Positions 8,402-16,028 of a DNA stretch of 64,000 nt are shown here, piece by piece (position 1 is the first letter of the stretch; every line of letters begins with the position of its first letter). Origin of the DNA: Clostridiales bacterium (GTDB lineage Bacteria > Bacillota > Dehalobacteriia > UBA7702). Below the pieces are notes generated by a model. That model ran no database searches and was not told where the DNA came from. It saw only the letters and a program-made list of their open reading frames with translations. The position numbers and the translations under genes are program-made. The stretch covers positions 3,121 through 67,120 of the forward strand of contig JAVXOZ010000009.1 of the NCBI GenBank assembly GCA_036644995.1. Direction: 5' to 3'.

Positions 8402-8562
8402 CAGATTGTCAAAAAACATAGTTTTTTGGCAAGATGTCAGGCTGTTAAGAAAGCCTTAGATTCCACAAAACTACCTGAACAGCGGCTGTGCAGTGTACTT
8501 AGATGTACATAAGCAGTGGGAGGGAAGGGATTTTACCCAATATCAGACTTTACCAACAGCCT
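8402..8562 (+). repeat. copy 3 of ~162-bp foldback repeat; flanked by 20-bp palindromic direct duplication 'aagcgattt(cac/tat)aaatcgca' (8382-8401 and 8563-8582)
   Basis: identity to other copies; most diverged copy (internal helix disrupted: ttccacaaaa/ttttacccaa). Confidence 0.8.
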
Positions 8563-8693
8563 AAGCGATTTTATAAATCGCACCTTATCTATTTTAAACG
8601 TTGAAAATAACTGTTAATTAAAAGCTACATATCCCTAAATTATTACTCAATGATATTTTACTTTCGGGATACCGCAACCATTGAGAAAAAGCC

Positions 8694-8730
8694 AAAAAAA
8701 AACCCTCACTTTTTACGGTGAGGGTTTTAA
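8694..8730. terminator. bidirectional rho-independent terminator (A9 ccctcac..gtgaggg T4)
   Basis: 7-bp GC-rich stem flanked by A-run and T-run; lies 3' of the minus-strand AICARFT gene. Confidence 0.6.
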
Positions 8731-8899
8731 ACTAATTTATTCTATACAACATACCAAAATCATAATTTCACTGTGCACATACAAGGCGGAGATTTGGTGT
8801 TCCTACCTATTTTGGGTTCTTTTCAAACCGTATATTTAAGATATCTAAAATACCAAGCCTCGTCTGAGGCACACACCGCAAAGGGTTTTAAGTTTAATT

Positions 8900-10072
8900 T
8901 TAGTGATGGAAAAGACGCATTTTTGTAAATGCCATTACCATATTATATTTATCCGCAGTTGCAATTACATCGTCATCACGCACGGAACCACCGGCTTCGG
9001 CAATATATTGCACACCGCTTCTTTTTGCTCTTTCAATGTTATCACCAAAGGGGAAGAAGGCATCTGAGCCTAAGGAAACGCCGGTTAAAGTTTCTATCCA
9101 TGCACGTTTTTCTTCTCTGGTAAAAGCTTCGGGTTTTTTTGTGAAAATATTTTCCCATGCGCCATCTGCCAAAACATCCATGTAATCTTCGGAAACATAA
9201 ACATCAATAGCATTATCTCTTTCGGGACGCTTTAAATCATCTCTGAAAGGTAAATTCAATACCTTTTCATTTTGGCGAAGATACCATGTATCTGCCTTAT
9301 TACCTGCTAAGCGTGTGCAATGAACACGTGATTGTTGCCCTGCACCAATACCGATAGCTTGACCATCTTTGGCATAGCACACAGAATTAGACTGGGTATA
9401 TTTTAAAGTTATCAAGGAAAGAATTAAATCTCTCTTGGCATCTTCGGGCAATTCTTTATTGGATGTAACAATATTTTCTAAAAGTTCTTCATCGATTTTA
9501 AAATTATTTCTGCCTTGTTGGAAAGTGATGCCGAAAATGTCTTTGTATTCAACTTCCGCAGGAACATAATTTTCGTCCATTTGTACTATATTATAGCTAC
9601 CTTTTCTTTTAGTTTTTAATATTTCCAAGGCTTTTGCCGAATATGAGGGGGCAATAACCCCATCGGAAACTTCTCTGGCTAAGAATTCCGCAGTCTGCTC
9701 ATCGCATTCATCGGAAAGTGCCACAAAATCGCCGTAAGAGGACATTCTATCCGCACCACGGGCACGAATATAGGCGGTAGCCATGGGGGTTAATTCCACA
9801 CCTTCCACAAAATATACTTTTTGTAAAACATCGGTGAGGGGCACTGCCACTGCTGCTCCCGCAGGGCTAACGTGTTTAAAGGATGTGGCAGCAGGAAGAC
9901 CTGTTGCCTTTTTTAATTCACGCACCAGTTGCCAGCTATTAAAAGCATCTAAAAGGTTGATAAAACCGGGTTTACCGTTTAATACCGTAATAGGTAATTC
10001 GCCGTCTTTCATAAAGACTTTTGCGGGCTTTTGATTAGGGTTACAACCGTACTTTAATTCCATTTCTTTCAT
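8900..10072 (-). CDS. AICAR transformylase-domain protein (PurH C-terminal domain homolog; no MGS/IMP-cyclohydrolase domain)
   Basis: 390 aa; 'YGCNPNQ' equivalent of the PurH 'YGENPHQ' motif; overall AICARFT-like; preceded by ZTP riboswitch candidate. Confidence 0.6.
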   Translation of the reverse strand: MKEMELKYGCNPNQKPAKVFMKDGELPITVLNGKPGFINLLDAFNSWQLVRELKKATGLPAATSFKHVSPAGAAVAVPLTDVLQKVYFVEGVELTPMATAYIRARGADRMSSYGDFVALSDECDEQTAEFLAREVSDGVIAPSYSAKALEILKTKRKGSYNIVQMDENYVPAEVEYKDIFGITFQQGRNNFKIDEELLENIVTSNKELPEDAKRDLILSLITLKYTQSNSVCYAKDGQAIGIGAGQQSRVHCTRLAGNKADTWYLRQNEKVLNLPFRDDLKRPERDNAIDVYVSEDYMDVLADGAWENIFTKKPEAFTREEKRAWIETLTGVSLGSDAFFPFGDNIERAKRSGVQYIAEAGGSVRDDDVIATADKYNMVMAFTKMRLFHH

Positions 10073-10095
10073 TGTAAAGTATTCTCCTTTTCATT

Positions 10096-10195
10096 AAAAA
10101 GAGCCTACCAAAGAAGGCTCCTGCCCAGACGGTCGGCTTTTTGTGCTATACTCCCTGTGGTCAATTCCACTTCCGCCAGTTGTATAACTGCTTTA
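10096..10195 (-). promoter_or_regulatory. ZTP (pfl-motif) riboswitch candidate with terminator expression platform
   Basis: minus strand: 'ACTGGCGgaagtGGAATTGACCACAGGGAG...(linker)...CCGACCGTCTGGGCA' matches conserved ACUGGCG, P2 hairpin+GGGAG and 3' CCGxCCGxCUGGGCA; followed by 'gagccttctttggtaggctc+T5'; the P1 5' strand is not well matched. Confidence 0.55.
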
Positions 10196-10329
10196 AATTT
10201 AACATATTTTGATACTTTTTGCAAGTATATCAGTGATTATTATTATGTTAAAATACCGCCAACATTCAATAAAAACAAAATTTAACAGAGGAAAATCCCA
10301 TTATATTTACTAAGATTTTCCTCTGTTTA

Positions 10330-12488
10330 TTATTTATTTTTCATAGCTTCTTGGAGGGCTTGAGCCAAGGGACTGAGTTCCTGGGTTTTTTCCTGCTGAT
10401 TTTGAGTTTTCAAAAAGTTTTGCACTTCTCTTTTATTGCCGCCGCTACCTTCTTTTTTCTTTTTATGGAAGCTCTCCGCTTTTTCACGGAATCCGCAGGG
10501 GCAAATGTACATACGTTTTTCACCCTCCCCAAACATTTCCATTTTTTTATGACAATTTGGGCACCGAGCATTGGTGGTCATGGAAATATTTTTTCGATAA
10601 CCGCAGCTACGGTCTTGACAAACCAGCATTTTACCTTTTTTACCGTGTACCTCCAGCATCATCTTGCCGCATTCCGGGCAAGGAGTGCGAGTGAGATTAT
10701 CCGGCACATATTTGGCATCGCTATTGGCTACCATTTTCACCAAATTAGCGGCATAATTTCTAATTTCACCGATAAAAGCTTTGCTTTGAGTTTTGCCTTG
10801 GGCGATGGTGTCCAGCTCTTTTTCCCATTTTGCCGTTAAAAGCGGTTCTTTTAAATCCTTGGGTACTAAGTCGATAAGCTGCATCGCCTTCATCGTGGGC
10901 ACAATAACGTTATCTCTTTTTTCCATGTAAAATGAGCGGTAAAGTTTATCAATAATATCCCCACGAGTGGCAGGGGTGCCTAATCCTGCACCTATATACT
11001 CTTTCATTTTTTTATCTTCGATAAATTTAGCAGGGTTTTCCATAGCCGTGAGCAAGGTTGCCTCGGTGTACCGAGAAGGTGCTTTGGTTTTTTGGGCTTT
11101 TAGCTGGGTGTTTTTACAGGTGAAAACATCACCTTTTTTCATAGATGGCAAAGCTTGGTTTTCTTCCCCATCTTCATCTTCAAAATCGTAAACTTTTTTC
11201 CAACCTTTAGCCACCATTTCTTTGCCTTGGGCACTAAAAGATTCATCACCGCAAATAAATTCACCTTTTACATTGCGATATTCCATAGGTGGATAAAAAG
11301 CCGCTATAAACCTTTTTAAAACCAAAAAGTAAATTTTCTTTTCCTCATTTGTCATATTTAAAAGATTGGGCCGCTCCTCTGTGGGGATAATGGCATGATG
11401 GTCAGAAACCTTGGCATCGTTAATGCACACCTTTGCTATGGTTTGCTTATTTTTTATAACTTCACGGACAGGAGCTGCAAAATCTCCAAAATTAACAGCT
11501 TGCAATCTTTGCCCCAAGGTTGGCACAATATCACGGGTTAAATATGCGGAATCCGTACGTGGATAGGTTAAAACCTTATGTATTTCATAAAGTTTTTGCA
11601 TATAATTAAGGGTTTCCTTGGGTGAAAAATGGTACATTTTACTGGCATCACGCTGCAATTCCGTTAAATCGTAAAGCAATGGCGGCGGTACGGATTTTTT
11701 TGTAACCTTCATGTCAATCAACTTAAATTGAGCATTGGTGATTTTTTTCTGTATTTTAATGGCTTCTGCTTCATCATAAATAGCAGAATTCCCTTTGGCA
11801 TCTTTGCGGGTTACAAAAAAGTTGCCTAAATCTCCACGCACAACATAATAATCCTTGGGTTTAAAATTTCTAATTTCTTTTTCCCGCTCCACCATCAAAG
11901 CCAAGGTAGGTGTTTGAACCCTGCCTGCGGAAAGTTGAGCATTAAATTTACAGGTTAAAGCACGGGTTACATTTAAGCCCACCAACCAATCTGCCTCTGC
12001 CCTACTTCTGGCAGATTCATAAAGATGCACATATTCTTTGCCGTCTTTTAAGTGAGCAAAGCCATCTTTAATTGCCTTATCTGTTTGGGAAGATATCCAC
12101 AATCTTTGTATTGGTTTTTTAACCCCTACTTTATCAATTATCCAGCGGGCAACCAATTCCCCTTCACGTCCTGCATCTGTGGCGATAATAATTGAGCCTA
12201 CTTCTTTGGAACGCAAAAGTGTTTTAACCACATTATACTGTTTGGCTGTTTCCGGAATTACTTTTAAATCCATTTTTCCCGGGAGCATAGGCAAAGTTTC
12301 CATGCTCCATTTTTTATATTGGTCACCATAATGCTCCGGCTCTGCCAAAGTTACCAAATGACCCAATGCCCAAGTTACAATATATTTATCACCGATTATG
12401 CAACCGTTTTCTTTTTTCTTTGAACCCAAAACCCGTGCCAGTTCTCTGGCAACCGATGGTTTTTCTGCTAAAACCAATATTTTCGTCA
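10330..12488 (-). CDS. topB: DNA topoisomerase III with C-terminal zinc ribbons
   Basis: TOPRIM 'ILVLAEKPS', 'VTWALGHL'; multiple C4 zinc-ribbon repeats at C-terminus; RBS GGAGG 6 nt before ATG at 12488 (the ORF-track start 12501 lies inside the RBS). Confidence 0.85.
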
Positions 12489-12548
12489 TAAATACCTCCA
12501 CAACTAACTGACTATCATTATAGCATTAAAAAGCCAAATATAAAAGAA

Positions 12549-12585
12549 AAAATGCGTGTAAAAAACACACGCATTTAAAACCAAA
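12549..12585 (-). terminator. rho-independent terminator downstream of the GerMN-domain gene
   Basis: minus strand 'aaatgcgtgtg tttttt acacgcattt' + T-rich tail. Confidence 0.6.
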
Positions 12586-12609
12586 AGATAGTATATGAAA
12601 TTTTATGAT

Positions 12610-13329
12610 TTACATATCATTTACGGAAAGTGGTTGGGAAATATCCCAATGACCCGTTAAACTTTGGGCAGTGGCACCGTTTATTTTTATTTGTACGGCT
12701 TTTACCGAATCGAACTGCCCTAATGTACCCACAATACTTTCCAAAACATAGCGTTCTTCTGCACTATTTAACTTTGCTTTTTGTATCTCAGGGCTAAAAT
12801 CCACCGTGCAAAGACCATCCTTGGTTATATTTATGCCCAATACTTCGGCATCCGCAGGAATATAAGACTTTAATGAAGCCTCGGTAGGCCCTGTTAACAA
12901 TTCATCCATGGTGGTTTTGGCAACTCCAATTTGATTGATAACGCTGCGTTTTTCCACCGCCATCTCACCTTTACCTTCATCCACATAAAACAGCGAAACT
13001 TCTTTATAGGTGATAGGTGCTGCAGTTGGTTCAGTTTGGTCTTTAGAAGCCTCTTTATCGCCGGGTACCGGTGGTGCTTTGGCTATATTCTCTTTGCCTA
13101 TACCTTTTGCAACCACATCCCCAATGGCATCTTTATCTTTGGTTGTGATACCTTCCTGTTCGTTTAGTTTTGGTAGATTCTCTTTTTGGGCTAAAGCTGC
13201 GGTATCGGCATTTACCGCCTCCTGGGCTTTTTCTCTTACCGAGGCAAAAAAGCCCCCAACTTCCGTTTGAAAAACAAAAGCTAATAGCACAACAAAGAGC
13301 AACCCCGTTATGACTCCTTTTTTCTTCAT
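12610..13329 (-). CDS. GerMN-domain sporulation/germination lipoprotein-like protein
   Basis: 239 aa; signal/TM N-terminus, low-complexity linker, C-terminal GerMN-like domain. Confidence 0.65.
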   Translation of the reverse strand: MKKKGVITGLLFVVLLAFVFQTEVGGFFASVREKAQEAVNADTAALAQKENLPKLNEQEGITTKDKDAIGDVVAKGIGKENIAKAPPVPGDKEASKDQTEPTAAPITYKEVSLFYVDEGKGEMAVEKRSVINQIGVAKTTMDELLTGPTEASLKSYIPADAEVLGINITKDGLCTVDFSPEIQKAKLNSAEERYVLESIVGTLGQFDSVKAVQIKINGATAQSLTGHWDISQPLSVNDM

Positions 13330-13802
13330 TTTAATCCCCCTAAGGCAGTGTTATTTTACTCTATCTTATGGAGATTAGAAGGCGAATAGAACAACCCGTC
13401 CTCAATTTGACAAATTAAGCTGAATTATTTAAAAATGTGTTTCACCAAAATATAAATATCCAACCATACCGATAAAATGGCAATTTATGGCTCTACACTA
13501 AATGTTGTGGTGTAGAATGTAAACTTTACAAAAGCCTCAAAAAAATAGAGCCTATTCAAAAAATCCTGTAAAATAGAATTGGCTTAACACCAACTTCAAA
13601 GGAGAACGAATATGCTCTATACTAATTTACCCCGAATTTATCAGGACTCCAAAAGGTAATCATTACAAAAACAGAAAAAACCTTAGTCACCAAAACCATT
13701 TTGGAAAAATACCTGTAAAAGTGCATCAATGCTCTGTTTTTGGATACCACAACCATTAACAAAGAGCCAATTTGCCAAAACCTAAGTATAATATATTTCC
13801 AC

Positions 13803-13846
13803 ATAAAAAGAAACCTACTTTCCTTTTATATGGAAAATAGGTTTAA
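13803..13846 (-). terminator. rho-independent terminator after tRNA-Leu
   Basis: minus strand 'aaacctattttcc atataaaa ggaaagtaggttt' + 'cttttt'. Confidence 0.65.
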
Positions 13847-13849
13847 TTT

Positions 13850-13932
13850 TGGTGCGGTAGGTGAGACTTGAACTCACACGCTCGCGCACACGCCCCTCAA
13901 ACGTGCCTGTCTGCCGATTCCAGCACTACCGC
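13850..13932 (-). tRNA. trnL: tRNA-Leu (anticodon GAG), type II with long variable arm, CCA encoded
   Basis: minus strand GCGGTAGTGCTGGAATCGGCAGACAGGCACGTTTGAGGGGCGTGTGCGCGAGCGTGTGAGTTCAAGTCTCACCTACCGCACCA; 7-bp acceptor, 3-bp D-stem, anticodon loop 'uUGAGgg' (U33-GAG-G37), variable-arm hairpin, T-arm GTGAG/TTCAAGT/CTCAC; resembles E. coli tRNA-Leu(GAG) D- and anticodon-arm sequences. Confidence 0.85.
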
Positions 13933-14012
13933 ATATTAATGCTGCATGTATTTAACACCAGCATTAGTTATTATAACAAAAGATAAAGAATAAATCAAGT
14001 AGAATTTTATAA

Positions 14013-14609
14013 TTATTTATATATTTTTTGATAGTTTTTCAAATTATCGCTTACTGCCTGTACATAATGGGCAGTTTCCCCAAAGGGAATACTATGGGCA
14101 TCGGCTAAAGTTCCGTCCCAAACCCCATCTTTAACCCAGCTGAGCACATTTCCGTAGCCCCCGTTGTAAGCAGCAATAACTTTTGTGGTATCATTTTTAA
14201 AAATAGAATTTAAGTAAGAAATATACCAAATTGAAATTTTTAGATTATAGGAAGGCTTATCTAATTTATCCTCTTTATACTCTATGCCAATTTTACCCGC
14301 ACACCACTGAGCTGTTTCCGGCATTAGCTGCATTAGCCCTAATGCCCCTTTTTGGGAAACCGCAGTTGGCTCAAAGTTGCTCTCCTGCTTCATAATGGCA
14401 TAAACCAAATTAGAATCCACAGTGTATTCATTACAATAAGTAGCAACGGTATAAGAGTGGGGTCTGGGATAAGCCCTTTCGCTGGTATTGAATACACACA
14501 CCGCCACCAAAACAAAAATGGATAACAAAATAAATAAAATAAAGAAGGTTCCAACTTTACTTTTTTTCTGTTTTTTAGAATATCTGTTATTTTTACGACT
14601 CTTTGTCAT
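14013..14609 (-). CDS. lytic transglycosylase (SLT domain) with N-terminal membrane anchor
   Basis: 198 aa; basic N-terminus + TM; 'MKQESNFEP...GALGLMQLMPETA' catalytic Glu motif of family-1 lytic transglycosylases. Confidence 0.75.
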   Translation of the reverse strand: MTKSRKNNRYSKKQKKSKVGTFFILFILLSIFVLVAVCVFNTSERAYPRPHSYTVATYCNEYTVDSNLVYAIMKQESNFEPTAVSQKGALGLMQLMPETAQWCAGKIGIEYKEDKLDKPSYNLKISIWYISYLNSIFKNDTTKVIAAYNGGYGNVLSWVKDGVWDGTLADAHSIPFGETAHYVQAVSDNLKNYQKIYK

Positions 14610-16026
14610 CTAAAAATTTTTTCCTTTTTTCAAAAGCTTCTTTAATTTGATTTTTCATTTCCATTTCCGTACGTGAATTATCGATGATTAACTGTGCAAA
14701 TTTGGCTTTTTTTTCATAAGTCATTTGATTTACCATAATTTTAGTTGCCAATTCCTCATCAATGCCATCTCTTTTTAGCAATCTTTGCTTTTGATTTTCA
14801 TCCCCTGCATAAAGCAACCAAACTTCATCACACAATGCTGTATATTTAGCTTCGATAAGTAAAGGTGCTACCAAAATAATAAGTGCATCTTGGGATTTTT
14901 TAATGCGGCTGCTGATAATACGCCGTATTGCAGGGTGGGTTATGGCATTTAACTCCTTTACTTTTTCTTTATGGTTAAATACATTGTTACGCAACAGTAT
15001 CCTGTTTAAAGTGCCATCTTCATTGATAAATTCAGTACCAAAAGTATTTGCAATTTTATTTATTACCGTACTATTGGGTGCCATTATTTCTCTGGCTATT
15101 AAATCCGCATCTAATATTTCAGCACCGAGTATATGTAAATAGTCCGATGCTACGGTTTTACCGCTGGCAATACCCCCGGTTAAACCTATAACAATTTTTT
15201 TTCTTTTTAGTGGCTGACATTGAGGACAATAAGAGGTGCTTCTGCCGCCACATTTTGTTTTTTCTATTATGCTGCCACAATTAACACAGGGCAAACCCCC
15301 ACGCTGAAATATTTTCAAATAATTTTGAAATGTACCTTTTTCACCGTAGCCATCTCTATAATCACTAAAAGTTGTACCTCTTTTTTCAATGGCAACAGTT
15401 AACACTTCTTTTGTGGCTTTAACCAGCATTTTAATATCTTGGGTAGATAAATCAAGTCCTTCTTTTAAAGGATTCACCCCTGCAGTAAAGCAAATTTCAT
15501 CGGCATAGATATTGCCAATACCCGCAACCACACTTTGATCCAGTAAAATACTTTTAATCGGTGCGTGTTTTTTTTGGGTATATGCTAATAAATGTGCCTC
15601 GTTATATTCCGATGTTAAAGGCTCAGGACCTAATTTTTCAATTCCTGAGCCCATGTTTTGTAAATTATCCCCAATCCAAAAACCACCAAAACGACGAACA
15701 TCTCTATAATAAATGCCATTTTTTGCAAAATGGATTACCACATGGCAATGATTTATCTGGGGCAATGTTTTTTCAAAATAAACAAGTTGACCTGTCATAC
15801 GCAGATGGGCAACGATATATTTATCATTATCCAAAATAAATATCAAGTATTTACCTCGGCGTTCCATGGTTTTAACCACTCTACCCTCTAAAAAATCACA
15901 AAATTCCTCAGCAGTGCAATTTTTCAAAACACCGCTGTGGTTTACCTCTACTTTAATAATTTTTTCAGAACCAATTTGAGAAAGAATGCTGTTTTTAACC
16001 GTTTCAACTTCGGGTAATTCAGGCAT
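14593..16026 (-). CDS. mutM-coaE: fused formamidopyrimidine-DNA glycosylase (Fpg/MutM) - dephospho-CoA kinase (CoaE) protein
   Basis: 477 aa single ORF; N-terminus 'MPELPEVETV' (catalytic Pro2/Glu3), H2TH, C4 zinc finger 'CVNCG...CPQC'; C-terminal 'IGLTGGIASGKT' P-loop of CoaE; no stop or frameshift between the domains. Confidence 0.8.
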   Translation of the reverse strand: MPELPEVETVKNSILSQIGSEKIIKVEVNHSGVLKNCTAEEFCDFLEGRVVKTMERRGKYLIFILDNDKYIVAHLRMTGQLVYFEKTLPQINHCHVVIHFAKNGIYYRDVRRFGGFWIGDNLQNMGSGIEKLGPEPLTSEYNEAHLLAYTQKKHAPIKSILLDQSVVAGIGNIYADEICFTAGVNPLKEGLDLSTQDIKMLVKATKEVLTVAIEKRGTTFSDYRDGYGEKGTFQNYLKIFQRGGLPCVNCGSIIEKTKCGGRSTSYCPQCQPLKRKKIVIGLTGGIASGKTVASDYLHILGAEILDADLIAREIMAPNSTVINKIANTFGTEFINEDGTLNRILLRNNVFNHKEKVKELNAITHPAIRRIISSRIKKSQDALIILVAPLLIEAKYTALCDEVWLLYAGDENQKQRLLKRDGIDEELATKIMVNQMTYEKKAKFAQLIIDNSRTEMEMKNQIKEAFEKRKKFLDDKES

Positions 16027-16028
16027 AT

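Noticed and set aside
13622-13804. 60-aa minus-strand ORF
   Set aside because: It lies in the tRNA-Leu downstream / gerM upstream intergenic region, overlaps the 27-bp motif and the tRNA terminator, and has no RBS.
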